From a virus: a DNA stretch of 64,000 nt. Under the pieces are notes generated by a model. It made no database searches and was not told where the DNA came from. It saw only the letters and a list, made by a program, of their open reading frames with translations. The stretch spans positions 73,984-137,983 of IMG/VR virus record IMGVR_UViG_3300045988_118548; one strand, given 5' to 3'. Made by a program: the position numbers and the translations under genes. This document shows, piece by piece, positions 29,604-39,047 of the stretch (position 1 is the first letter of the stretch; the number at the start of each line of letters is the position of its first letter).

Positions 29604-30623
29604 TCATCGCTTTATTTTTTTAGACGGATCCCAATCTGAAGAGAAAGGGCATTCGTTTTTGTTATGTAATCCAAAGTCACAATAATAACACAGTGCTGAC
29701 GGGCAGGGTAGCTTGTTTTGCGAAACAGGCTGGCTTAGGGTGGCACGCCGCTTGCTATATCTGGCTCCTTCTGCTCCCTGGATGTACGCTTGAAATGATT
29801 TTACACTATTATCTTCAAAATCATACATTTTAGATAAAGTGTCATTTAGCATTTCTATAGATTTTGTTTTACGCTCTTCATCCACCTTAACCTTTTGGTA
29901 CTGTCTGGTCCTGGTAAAGAAATAGATGTTCATATCTGGCAGAACTCCACCATATTTTCTATAGATGTAAAACGAATATATAGGATGCTGTAAATTCGTT
30001 TCCAACTTCTTAGAATCAAAAACCTTATTCCCTGATTTCCAATCTATGACATAATGGTGAATTACGTTCTTGCTCTTTATAGCCAGATGAAGGTCTACTG
30101 ATCCTACTATGTACACATGGGTATGAATTACCCCATTTATGTCAACTGGCTTAGGAAGGCGGTACGGCAGCACAAAATCTTCTTCGACTCCAACTATAGC
30201 GCCGTGTCTGATAAGTTTCTCACAAGGATTAAGATCACTATCAGCTATCATAAACCTATTGCCGTCTTTTTTAAACAGATCCACAATCCAAGCAAGAAGT
30301 TCCCCAGATTGTTTCATGGCTATCATCATATTTTCCGGTGATTGCCAAGGTATGTCTTCTTGGTAAGCATAGTAACTTATTGCTTCTCCAAGGTCTTTGC
30401 CAGAAGGCTGCCTTCCGTTCTTGAAGAAGTATTCCAGTGTCTTATGAATAACCGTACCATAAGACGTAGCTTCTTGTTTTTCTGTAGACCTTTTGCCCTC
30501 TACGTAAGTCTTATACCATTTCATTGGACAAGTAAGAAACGTATCTATCTGGGAATAAGAAATGGCAAGACGTTTCACACCATTAAACTCCTTATATAGC
30601 AAATGCGTTTCTGGGACCATCAT
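29604..30623 (-). CDS. Cas4/RecB-like PD-(D/E)XK nuclease with 4Fe-4S cysteine cluster
   Basis: Motif II GSVDLH, motif III IDWKSG (ID[YW]K[ST]G), QxxxY-like YIYRKY. One N-terminal Cys (LTCPMKWY) plus C-terminal C-x4-C-x2-C-x8-C (CPSALCYYCDFGLHNKNEC), as in Cas4/AddB. Confidence 0.7.
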   Translation of the reverse strand: MMVPETHLLYKEFNGVKRLAISYSQIDTFLTCPMKWYKTYVEGKRSTEKQEATSYGTVIHKTLEYFFKNGRQPSGKDLGEAISYYAYQEDIPWQSPENMMIAMKQSGELLAWIVDLFKKDGNRFMIADSDLNPCEKLIRHGAIVGVEEDFVLPYRLPKPVDINGVIHTHVYIVGSVDLHLAIKSKNVIHHYVIDWKSGNKVFDSKKLETNLQHPIYSFYIYRKYGGVLPDMNIYFFTRTRQYQKVKVDEERKTKSIEMLNDTLSKMYDFEDNSVKSFQAYIQGAEGARYSKRRATLSQPVSQNKLPCPSALCYYCDFGLHNKNECPFSSDWDPSKKIKR

Positions 30624-30979
30624 AAGTCATTGTCTTTAAATCCTTCCGGGTAATATATGACATACTTCTTACCGTCTTCTGGTGTCATGGCAAACTGCAT
30701 GTAGTTATTACGATTACGATGTTTGCCATCTAATCCTCGCTTCCAATACAGTATCCCGTCTATATCCACATAAGATCGGCCCCGGTCGGCTCTAACTACG
30801 TCCGTGTGTAGTAGATACCCGTCGGAAGACACGATCCACACTTTATCACCTTTGCTTAAATAAGATATTCTTTTTCTTACAACAACCTTTTTCTTATTAT
30901 CCAATACAAATTCCTCATCAGTCATACTCTTCATCCTCCTCTTCTTCTGTTTCAAAATCAATTCCATAACACTGATCAT
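30620..30979 (-). CDS. hypothetical protein
   Basis: 119-aa ORF. The real start may be an internal Met. Confidence 0.5.
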   Translation of the reverse strand: MISVMELILKQKKRRMKSMTDEEFVLDNKKKVVVRKRISYLSKGDKVWIVSSDGYLLHTDVVRADRGRSYVDIDGILYWKRGLDGKHRNRNNYMQFAMTPEDGKKYVIYYPEGFKDNDL

Positions 30980-31142
30980 AATGCTTGGTCAGTTCTTCTG
31001 GTTCTAAATCTTGTCCAAAATCCATGTTAAAAATATCGTAATTAGTAAAGCACTTAAAATCACTGTTCCCGCAGGCAGGAAATCTATGAATGCTGCTTTT
31101 ATTTCTTCAATTAGGCCCAAGTGTAACCTTGGGCCATTGTAT

Positions 31143-32843
31143 TTATTTTTTGTCATCTCCTTTTAATTTCTTTAAAGTATCTGCAATCGGAAGCTGATCA
31201 ATGACTCCCAATGCCGGAGCGACGGTCTTGACAACATTGTTAAGGAAATTACCGGTGCTGTTTTGACCACCGTCAAATACCGTGATATTTCCGAGATTGA
31301 TGTGCTCGAACGCCTTAACCTGTTCTCCAGCAATTTCTTTCCACTGATTAACCATCTTGTACTGAATGGCGATCTGAGGATTGGATTCTGCTGCTTCCAC
31401 CATAGCCTTAAATCCGTCGGCTTCTGCCATTAACGACTTTTTCTTACCTTCGGCTTCTGCCTCCAGCTTCATCTGAATAGCCTTTGCCTCTGCCTCAGCT
31501 TTTGCCAAATGTGCTGCTGCCTCAGCCTCAGCCCGGCGTTTGATCTTCTCGGCCTCAGCATCAGCTTGTAATATAGCCTCTTCCTTCTGGGTTTCAGCCG
31601 GCACAATCTTTTCAGCCTTAAGCGCAGCCTGAACTTTCTTAGCCTTAGCTTCTTCCACTTCTTTATCAGCAAGCTCTTTTGCCGTTTTTACAGCCGCTTC
31701 CGATTTAACTTTTTCTTCTCCGGCCTTCTTTTCTGATTGAGCTTTGATAATCTGTAGTTCTGATACTGACACAGCAACCTCCTTCTGGGCATTGTTGTAT
31801 CCTATAGACGCATTTTTCTCAGCCTCAGCCTTCTTAATCTGAGCTTCAGAGTCTTGTATTGCTATAGCTGCTTCCTTGTCAGCTTCAGCCTTATTCTTTC
31901 CGACTTCTTCCATCCTTTCAGCCTCGGCTTTATTTACTTCAAGTTCTGCCTTAGATCTTACGATCGCCGATTCCTTGTCGGTTAAAGTTTTTGCGATAAC
32001 CGCAGCCCTGTCTCTATCTGCTTGAGCTACACCGATCTGTTTCTCCTTATCGGTTAAAGCTAAAGCTATTTCTTTTTCTTTCTTCGTTTCAGCTACTATC
32101 GTTTCCTTTTCTTTTTCAGTACAAGCAATTTGAATCTCTTGTTCTTTTTTGGTATTAGCCACAGCCGTTTCTTTCTCCTTCTGCTGTACAGCAATCTTAA
32201 TAGCACCCAGCTTCTCCTGTTCTTCGATATTAGCCTGTGCCTCGTTCAGAGCCCTACTTTCAGCTTCCTTACCAAGGTTCATAATATAACCGGCTTCGTC
32301 TCTGATGTCACTGATGTTGATGTTCAGGAGGTAAAGACCTAACTTGTTAAGCTCGTTATCAATGTTCTTTCTCGCCTTATCCAAAAACTCATCCCTGTCA
32401 GAATTAAGTTTTTCGATCGTCATTTCAGCAATAATCAAACGCATCTGACCGTAAACGATGTCCGTAATAAGATTTTCAGTAGATTCGGTATCCATCCCCA
32501 AAAGTCTTTCTGCCGCATTTTGCATGATTTCGGGATTTGTACTGATAGCTACTGTAATGGTCGTAGGTACATCTACTCTAATATTCTGAGATGACAAAGC
32601 ACCGGTAAGCTTGCAATCTATTTGCATAGGCTCCATTGACAAAACATCATAGCTTTGAATAATAGGCAAGACAAATGCCGCTCCACCATGATATAATTTC
32701 GCCGATTTCTTTTCCCCACCTGTCTTACCATAAACGACCAAGACCTGATTAGGCTTACATCTACGATACCTTGATAAGACTCCGATGATTGTCAAAATAA
32801 TCACTACAGCTAAGATAGCTGACACGTACATGATTGTTGTCAT
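31143..32843 (-). CDS. flotillin-like SPFH/band-7 domain protein (FloT/YuaG-like)
   Basis: N-terminal transmembrane anchor and an SPFH domain. Long Ala/Glu-rich coiled coil with AEAEA/KAEAE repeats. Flotillin-type C-terminus (IQYKMVNQWKEI...NITVFDG). Confidence 0.8.
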   Translation of the reverse strand: MTTIMYVSAILAVVIILTIIGVLSRYRRCKPNQVLVVYGKTGGEKKSAKLYHGGAAFVLPIIQSYDVLSMEPMQIDCKLTGALSSQNIRVDVPTTITVAISTNPEIMQNAAERLLGMDTESTENLITDIVYGQMRLIIAEMTIEKLNSDRDEFLDKARKNIDNELNKLGLYLLNINISDIRDEAGYIMNLGKEAESRALNEAQANIEEQEKLGAIKIAVQQKEKETAVANTKKEQEIQIACTEKEKETIVAETKKEKEIALALTDKEKQIGVAQADRDRAAVIAKTLTDKESAIVRSKAELEVNKAEAERMEEVGKNKAEADKEAAIAIQDSEAQIKKAEAEKNASIGYNNAQKEVAVSVSELQIIKAQSEKKAGEEKVKSEAAVKTAKELADKEVEEAKAKKVQAALKAEKIVPAETQKEEAILQADAEAEKIKRRAEAEAAAHLAKAEAEAKAIQMKLEAEAEGKKKSLMAEADGFKAMVEAAESNPQIAIQYKMVNQWKEIAGEQVKAFEHINLGNITVFDGGQNSTGNFLNNVVKTVAPALGVIDQLPIADTLKKLKGDDKK

Positions 32844-32874
32844 AACTTTTAAAATTTAATTGTTGATAAAAAAA

Positions 32875-33369
32875 TTAGATACTTAATTCTCCTTCTTCAT
32901 ATTTTATATTCGCCTTGTCGCCGTTTTTGTAGGTTTTTCCAGACAAGCATTTTACTCTCATTTGCTCTTGTCTTCCATTTTTCGAAATATTTACCATATA
33001 ATGATTCTTCCCTGATCTAAATACTATCTCCACTTCTCTTCCGTTTAAATCTTCCGGACATTCGTACACCATTTCTTGCTTTAACTTAAGAAGTAACTTA
33101 TATACGTAAAACAAAACGATAAAGAAAAACGACCCTATCACAACCCCTACTAAATGGGAACCCGAAAAGTAGGTAGTCCAGCTATATCCAAGAATAAAAT
33201 GTGTTATGCCCTTGAATGATATAATGTCCGACAAAGACATACTTAAATCAGAAGCACTGTCAATGTCAATATCCGTATCCAGATCAGATCCTAATATCGA
33301 TAACAAAAACTGTATAACAAAAGCAAATGACGCTATTAAAGCCATGCATAAAATTATGTCACTTCCCAT
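32875..33369 (-). CDS. NfeD-like membrane protein (short YuaF-type)
   Basis: Three N-terminal transmembrane helices plus a C-terminal beta/OB-like domain. Lies directly upstream of the flotillin gene in the same orientation, as NfeD does in bacterial flotillin operons. Confidence 0.65.
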   Translation of the reverse strand: MGSDIILCMALIASFAFVIQFLLSILGSDLDTDIDIDSASDLSMSLSDIISFKGITHFILGYSWTTYFSGSHLVGVVIGSFFFIVLFYVYKLLLKLKQEMVYECPEDLNGREVEIVFRSGKNHYMVNISKNGRQEQMRVKCLSGKTYKNGDKANIKYEEGELSI

Positions 33370-33610
33370 ACCCTTCTGTTATTATTTTGTAAACAAGATC
33401 AGTCATATCTTTGATGGTCTCCATATCATAATCAATAATAACAATATTGAATTTTTGTTCCACCATCACATCAAGCTCAATTCGATCAATAGAATCTAAT
33501 CCAAATTCTTTAAACGTCACATCTTCTTCATGAACTATATCTATTTCCGAATTAAGAAACTGAGTAATAATTATATCCTCTATTATCTTTCTGATTCTTA
33601 CTTTTTCCAT
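33359..33610 (-). CDS. acyl carrier protein homologue
   Basis: 83 aa. It aligns by eye with E. coli acyl carrier protein (RIRKII ~ RVKKII; FKEFGLDSIDRIELDVMVEQKF ~ [23 protein letters not shown]). The phosphopantetheine-attachment serine lies in the DSI motif. Confidence 0.7.
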   Translation of the reverse strand: MEKVRIRKIIEDIIITQFLNSEIDIVHEEDVTFKEFGLDSIDRIELDVMVEQKFNIVIIDYDMETIKDMTDLVYKIITEGYGK

Positions 33611-34311
33611 TGCTTTCTAATTTTGTTAAATAAATACGTTTTTATGTTTTTCAATCGCTCTTTGTCTGTTTCAGAACTTCCGGTAAACAAATAATCCGGA
33701 TTGCCTTTAGCCGGCGGCGTAGGCAATTTAGATACGGCAAACAACCAATCCATTTCCTTATTCTTCTTAGACTCCAAATAAGGCTCGGTAGCGATCTTAA
33801 ATTTTTCAGCTATTAAGTCAAAGAGCTTTGAATTTTTAAGGTTCATATGTACTGAAAAAGCCTGAGAAGGTGGTTTCCATATGAAGTTGCATAAGCTCAT
33901 TGTATAATCTCCTGACTCTGCTATATAAGATTCCGTTACCTGAAGTATGACCTCTTTCTTGAATGAGGTGTTACCCATAAACCAACACAATCTGGATTCT
34001 GCTTCTTTTCTGCTGACACCTATGTCTTTTGAATATGATTCGTACATTCCTATCATAATCTTCAACGTTTCCAGAACCTCGTCTGTCATTTCCGGTGTCT
34101 CTATATAATTTACAAAAGACGTTCCTTTGTTGGTTAATCTCATCACGCCTGATTTTAATTTCTCAACCAGGCCAAGCTCTATATACCTCCCAGCATCTTC
34201 TTCCGGCATGGCTTCGATCATAACCGAATCCTTCTGTCTTATGGCAAGAAGATTAGCAAGATCATTAGGAGTCATGTCTGATGCTGCAAGTTGTCTGAAA
34301 TTGATGTACAT
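33598..34311 (-). CDS. hypothetical protein (first gene of the ACP-NfeD-flotillin operon)
   Basis: 237-aa ORF overlapping the ACP gene start. No recognisable motif. Confidence 0.6.
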   Translation of the reverse strand: MYINFRQLAASDMTPNDLANLLAIRQKDSVMIEAMPEEDAGRYIELGLVEKLKSGVMRLTNKGTSFVNYIETPEMTDEVLETLKIMIGMYESYSKDIGVSRKEAESRLCWFMGNTSFKKEVILQVTESYIAESGDYTMSLCNFIWKPPSQAFSVHMNLKNSKLFDLIAEKFKIATEPYLESKKNKEMDWLFAVSKLPTPPAKGNPDYLFTGSSETDKERLKNIKTYLFNKIRKQWKK

Positions 34312-34313
34312 TC

Positions 34314-34511
34314 TTAATCAGCTTTAATGAAAATAACATTCTTGTTATCTTGTCTATCAACATGTTCACATGGACCAACAATTATGTCTGTACATGAACA
34401 ATAATTGTAATTTTCGAATATACACCTATCGCATGTATCACCTTCCACACATTTTAATCTTACAAGTCCGGCAGTAAACACTTCTCCTACTTTAAATTCC
34501 TTCTTTTCCAT
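34314..34511 (-). CDS. hypothetical small Cys-rich protein
   Basis: 65 aa with 6 Cys. Confidence 0.45.
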   Translation of the reverse strand: MEKKEFKVGEVFTAGLVRLKCVEGDTCDRCIFENYNYCSCTDIIVGPCEHVDRQDNKNVIFIKAD

Positions 34512-34526
34512 ATTCCCTCCTTGTTT

Positions 34527-35129
34527 TTAACTGTTGTACCCTTCTTTAATAATCGAATTTCTACCGGTAGATACTGACTGTCGAAGATCGTCATGTACAG
34601 AATCTACCGTAGAATACTTGTTTCTGGTTGTAAAAATCACTTCCAGCATCTCCTTATAATCACCTAAAGCTACTTCATATCTCGGATCTACTTTGGCTTT
34701 TCTTTCGGCCTCGGCATTACTCTTAGCCAGCTCTCGGTCAAGAAGATCTTCTTTGATTCGGTCAGCAATCATATCAAGCTCTTTCTTGATTACTTCGCCG
34801 GCTGCCCGAAGTTGACCTTCTACGTCGCCAAGCTGATCTTGGACGGTTCCTATTTCTTTCTTTAGACGATCGTATTCGTTAATCATACCCATATCACCTG
34901 CATAGCCGGAAAAGTCCTTGATTATTCTGGTTCCTTCTTTAAGGAGCTCAATGACTCGTCTTTTGCGTTCTCTGCTTATTAAAGACGGAAGACGATAATT
35001 CATATCCGCCACCGCCTTGTCGTGTATGGAGTTGATTAAAAACATCTCTCTTTCATCCCCTGCAAATTCGGTAAGAACCAAAAGGAACTTACTTATCAGG
35101 TATTCGTTTTCTTCTACAGTAAGTCTCAT
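34527..35129 (-). CDS. hypothetical coiled-coil protein
   Basis: 200-aa ORF. Confidence 0.55.
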   Translation of the reverse strand: MRLTVEENEYLISKFLLVLTEFAGDEREMFLINSIHDKAVADMNYRLPSLISRERKRRVIELLKEGTRIIKDFSGYAGDMGMINEYDRLKKEIGTVQDQLGDVEGQLRAAGEVIKKELDMIADRIKEDLLDRELAKSNAEAERKAKVDPRYEVALGDYKEMLEVIFTTRNKYSTVDSVHDDLRQSVSTGRNSIIKEGYNS

Positions 35130-35142
35130 ACGTTTCTTTTTT

Positions 35143-36270
35143 TTAATATACTGACTGTTCTTCCTTTGTCTCTTGTTCTTGATTGTCCGTAACGTCTTCC
35201 ACAGTATAGAGCTTGGGCGGCGTCGGCGGCTGGTTGGGGTTCACGAACTTCGTACCTCCCTCCCCGTACATCCATCCATGCCCCGGCAGAATCTCTGGGT
35301 GGATTGTGTTAGTAAGCTCTTCCATACTAACCTGCCTTACCTTCAGTATATGATGAAACACCAGTCCGGCTGTCCTGAATGATGTTTTGTTTTCAGTTTT
35401 AAACCTATCAAGAGTCTGATACCAATCTTTCCCAAATATCATATACTTATCCAGTCCGTACCGACGAGGATTATGCAAACCTATCATTAACGTACATAAC
35501 TGACCCAGCGTATCAGACTGGTAAAAATCAGAAAGACGCGGAGGTTGCTCTTGTGGGCTTTTTATCCTTCCTTCTATCTCTCTGTTGAATTGGGATATAA
35601 TGAGGAAAAATATGTTTTTATATACTAATTTAGCCTCATTCATAACCGCCACCAAATCATCTATAGCCGACTTAGGATCTAATCCCATTCTTTTTATTAA
35701 AGCAATATGATCGACTTTAAATATTATAAGACGTTTGTCTTTGTGTTTGGTAGCTATATGATACACAGCCGCCTCAAACTCTTTTACCGTACACGGAGCA
35801 TCGATGTATATTATATTATTTCTGATTTCACCTTGAAGGATTTCAAACATCCTCATCTCTTCTACTGTATTAGAATCTTGCCTTCTTAATATTTCAGGAG
35901 CCCTCTTTTTCATATCCTGGCTCATTCTACGAAGAAGAAGATCTTGAGGATTCATTTCGAACTCGCAATTGACAAGAAAATAATCTTCTGCTTGCGGGTT
36001 GATCATCGGATTCATCACATTTTCCAATATCTTTTGGGCCACATACGATTTACCCACAGATGGCCGGGCTCCTATGGCAATAGCATGCTGAGGAAAAATA
36101 CCTCCAAGCAAAGCCTCATCAATATAATCGTATCCGGTTTTAGCGGGGATAAGCTCTCCCCGCCTGTATTTTAAGATATTCTCATACGCCTCTTCCATAA
36201 CCTGTTTAGAGGTCTTGAATATCCTTCTTATATCTATCCTATTTGCTATCTCCTCTTGCATTTTTGTCAC
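35143..36270 (-). CDS. DnaB-like replicative helicase (C-terminal RecA-fold domain)
   Basis: Walker A GARPSVGKS, H1a-like CEFEMN, Walker B LIIFKVDH, and the DnaB signature ISQFNREIEGR (LSQLNRxLExR). Confidence 0.8.
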   Translation of the reverse strand: MTKMQEEIANRIDIRRIFKTSKQVMEEAYENILKYRRGELIPAKTGYDYIDEALLGGIFPQHAIAIGARPSVGKSYVAQKILENVMNPMINPQAEDYFLVNCEFEMNPQDLLLRRMSQDMKKRAPEILRRQDSNTVEEMRMFEILQGEIRNNIIYIDAPCTVKEFEAAVYHIATKHKDKRLIIFKVDHIALIKRMGLDPKSAIDDLVAVMNEAKLVYKNIFFLIISQFNREIEGRIKSPQEQPPRLSDFYQSDTLGQLCTLMIGLHNPRRYGLDKYMIFGKDWYQTLDRFKTENKTSFRTAGLVFHHILKVRQVSMEELTNTIHPEILPGHGWMYGEGGTKFVNPNQPPTPPKLYTVEDVTDNQEQETKEEQSVY

Positions 36271-36517
36271 CTTTTGTATCCGATTTGGACCCCCTATTAG
36301 CTTTTACTGATTTATACCTAAGACCGTTCTTGGTATGAGAACAATCTTTACCTTTCCTCCAGCCCTTGCCTTTCTTTTTGTCCGTTTCGTAGTTTTTACG
36401 ACCAAGCTCCCGGCGTTTGGCTTTCTGTTCTGGTCTGGCATTTATCTCCTTATCTTTTTTAGCCTTTTTTTTCCTGGCTTCAGGATGAGTCCTGTAGTAC
36501 TCTGTTGAACGTCCCAT
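36239..36517 (-). CDS. highly basic Lys/Arg-rich small protein
   Basis: 92 aa with over 35% K+R. Possible nucleic-acid binder. Confidence 0.5.
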   Translation of the reverse strand: MGRSTEYYRTHPEARKKKAKKDKEINARPEQKAKRRELGRKNYETDKKKGKGWRKGKDCSHTKNGLRYKSVKANRGSKSDTKGDKNARGDSK

Positions 36518-36567
36518 TTCTTTGTATTTTAAAAGTTAATGATACAAAGATAAGTATTAACAGATTC

Positions 36568-37134
36568 CTACTTTAAAAAGCCGTAACTCATATCTGGGTC
36601 ACACCAAACATACCCATCTTTGTCATGATGTAAGTACGATGGGCAGCCATGACAGGCACTACTTCCACATACGATCTTACTGTTTTTGTTCTGACATTCA
36701 TCACCCGGCTTATGCCATTCAATGTTAGAACCGGACCGGCTTTTATTTACATGACAGAACTGAAATACTTTCCCCATCGTCTTTTCTCCGAACATACCGA
36801 TGTGTGTATATTCAGGAGGTAAATTTAGAAACTCAGATAGGTCTTCGTACATCTTCTTCCTTTCTTCCGGTGTAACCCATAACCTATCTAATTCAGCATG
36901 AACCCTCATCTTAAGAGATCGGAGCGAAGCATCTGCCAACCTGCCCAGCGCCTTACCTTTATTAGGACCGGTACCATGTACACCTACATAAGCATTGCAC
37001 GGCTTACACATCATTACCATGCCTAATCCTTTTCTTTTATATATTTCGTCGGCATTAACCAGCTTCGTTTCCCTACCACAATAAGGGCATATTTCTCCGG
37101 CTAAAACCCGTTGTTGCTTTTCAGAGAGTTCCAT
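36568..37134 (-). CDS. hypothetical zinc-finger protein
   Basis: CPYCG...CKPC and C-terminal CGSSACHGCP cysteine clusters. Confidence 0.55.
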   Translation of the reverse strand: MELSEKQQRVLAGEICPYCGRETKLVNADEIYKRKGLGMVMMCKPCNAYVGVHGTGPNKGKALGRLADASLRSLKMRVHAELDRLWVTPEERKKMYEDLSEFLNLPPEYTHIGMFGEKTMGKVFQFCHVNKSRSGSNIEWHKPGDECQNKNSKIVCGSSACHGCPSYLHHDKDGYVWCDPDMSYGFLK

Positions 37135-37376
37135 ACTTTATCTTTTTGAGCTTCTTTAAACTTATCATATAGGCTTTTTTCGGTTTCCACTTCGGAAATC
37201 TCAATCTCCACCCCTTCTCTTTTTAATATTACTTTCTTGGCAGTAGGATACGCACATTTAGAGATACGAATAGCATTACGAATAGCGTAAACAAAATACG
37301 TTTCTGGTGATGATTCGATCACCACTACCTCGTTTAAAGTGTTTTTGTAATTTTCCATGTTATCTACTTGCTTCAA
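37101..37376 (-). CDS. hypothetical protein
   Basis: 91-aa ORF. Confidence 0.5.
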   Translation of the reverse strand: MKQVDNMENYKNTLNEVVVIESSPETYFVYAIRNAIRISKCAYPTAKKVILKREGVEIEISEVETEKSLYDKFKEAQKDKVWNSLKSNNGF

Positions 37377-37713
37377 TTATATAACCCGGATGATCTTCAC
37401 ACGCCTTTTTATATTCGATAAGAAACTTAAGAAATGAATCATAAGACCCCCATCCGTTTTTCGGCTCGTATCTCAAAAGACTTTTTCTCTTGGAGATCAT
37501 AATACATATACCTTTTGTAAGTACATTCTTCATCTCATTGGTATATATTTCTCTATACAATTCTTCTGGTCTCCAAACATAATCGTACAGCGTTTCTTTA
37601 TTTTCTGATACGAATATTCTTTGTGCCATCTTGTTCATGTTGTGGGTGATGTTTGCAACCCATTCACGATCCTCTTCCTTCTTCTTACTCTTAATATAAA
37701 CATCCAGGCTCAT
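37360..37713 (-). CDS. hypothetical protein
   Basis: 117-aa ORF. Confidence 0.5.
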   Translation of the reverse strand: MSLDVYIKSKKKEEDREWVANITHNMNKMAQRIFVSENKETLYDYVWRPEELYREIYTNEMKNVLTKGICIMISKRKSLLRYEPKNGWGSYDSFLKFLIEYKKACEDHPGYIIEASR

Positions 37714-38704
37714 GATATTTTTCCTTTACCTTGTTACTAATTATTAAATCTGCCACATCATCTCCATCTCCTACATTTTCAACATTTTGAAGATAGTCCG
37801 ATACTTTTATCCTTGACTTCATCATCATTCCATCTATCTTTTTACTCCATGTATCAAATGCTTGTCCTTTGTCCGGAAAAGCTACAGTCTTTCTATCTTT
37901 TAAAACATCTATCACTTCCGGCCTTAGATTCTGCAACCCTCCGGTGGCCACAAATAATTCATCTGGTTTATTCACAGCGCATATAATAGCCGTCTTTTCT
38001 GATTCCACCAGATTAACCACCTTATCCGGATACTGGCTTAGAAGATGCTCTCCGAACAGGCATTGTCTAAACAAGAAGTCCCTTGCATGCAACGAGTGAT
38101 AAAACATGACATGAGGCCGCTCATTGTCACCGTCTTTTTCTTTCACTCTTTTTACATCAATCTCATTCCCCTGGCTGTCGGTCTTTATATAAAAGTCCAT
38201 GATCTTGCCGGTTCTACATACAAAGTCCTTATCTATCTGCCAGAATATACAACACCCTTTCCATCCCCATAAGTCCATTGTTCCGACATGATATCTTCTA
38301 AATACGTCAGATACCCTTTCTTTTCCCCATAGAGACGATAAAAATCTAAATACAGTATTTCTATCATCTGGAACCACAGTCCTCTCAAACTCGCTAAAAG
38401 GTATGTAATTTACAACATCAGGGTTTACAGGAGGACGATAAGCTCTTATACACTTATTCCCAGAAATCCAAAGATCTTTGTCACCTACATCCTTGCCGGT
38501 AGGTCGTTTATCGTAACCGCAAGTCCGTTCATGATCGCATCTTCCGAACTCGTTTCCAACAATCTGACCTGTTGCCACATCAATATAAGGAGTAAGGCAC
38601 CGGCCTTTCCCGCAGGCCGGGCAGGTTAGCTTCAGTCGGCTCCTGCCGGGTCTGCGGTCAAGTTGAAACCGGGGTACGTTTTCGTATTTTCTAAAATCAA
38701 GCAT
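37691..38704 (-). CDS. putative DNA primase (N-terminal Zn-ribbon, C-terminal Toprim-like)
   Basis: CPACGKGRC...CDHERTC zinc ribbon. A conserved Glu (LVESEKTAIICA) and a GDGDD acidic cluster about 77 aa later, Toprim-like. Lies between DnaB-like helicase and nuclease genes. Confidence 0.4.
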   Translation of the reverse strand: MLDFRKYENVPRFQLDRRPGRSRLKLTCPACGKGRCLTPYIDVATGQIVGNEFGRCDHERTCGYDKRPTGKDVGDKDLWISGNKCIRAYRPPVNPDVVNYIPFSEFERTVVPDDRNTVFRFLSSLWGKERVSDVFRRYHVGTMDLWGWKGCCIFWQIDKDFVCRTGKIMDFYIKTDSQGNEIDVKRVKEKDGDNERPHVMFYHSLHARDFLFRQCLFGEHLLSQYPDKVVNLVESEKTAIICAVNKPDELFVATGGLQNLRPEVIDVLKDRKTVAFPDKGQAFDTWSKKIDGMMMKSRIKVSDYLQNVENVGDGDDVADLIISNKVKEKYHEPGCLY

Positions 38705-39047
38705 TTTTAACTCCTCTCATTGCCTCTATGACTCTATCTGCTATAGTTATAGACCATGACACCACATCTGGTACATATACTCCGCAATCTATTTCACCTT
38801 TTCTATTTTGTGCTTTAACAAACTCAATAGAATAAGCCTTAATAAGATCGAATCTACGTTGCTCCCAGTCTACATCTTTGTTTTCGTCATTTACAGGAAG
38901 GGTATCGAGATAAAAATTTAAACTCTCACTTATCACATTCCCATTATTATCATAGAACTGTATTCTGTCATGGTCGCTTCTTGTAGTTGAGCTACTGAAA
39001 GTGATTACTTCTATTATCTCTCCTGTTCTTCTAATTTTTCTTTTCAT
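38697..39047 (-). CDS. hypothetical protein
   Basis: 116-aa ORF. Confidence 0.5.
   Translation of the reverse strand: MKRKIRRTGEIIEVITFSSSTTRSDHDRIQFYDNNGNVISESLNFYLDTLPVNDENKDVDWEQRRFDLIKAYSIEFVKAQNRKGEIDCGVYVPDVVSWSITIADRVIEAMRGVKNA

Noticed and set aside
30980-31142. Perfect 8-bp hairpin GGCCCAAG-N6-CTTGGGCC between flotillin and the next gene as a terminator.
   Set aside because: The T-run follows the hairpin only on the + strand, where no gene is transcribed. In minus sense it is preceded by an A-run and not followed by Ts. It may be an RNA processing site, but a terminator call is not supported.
31469-31672. Arg/Lys-rich 67-aa ORF nested inside the flotillin gene on the same strand.
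   Set aside because: It is an alternative frame through the GC/A-rich Ala-Glu repeat region of the flotillin coiled coil. No independent start signal.
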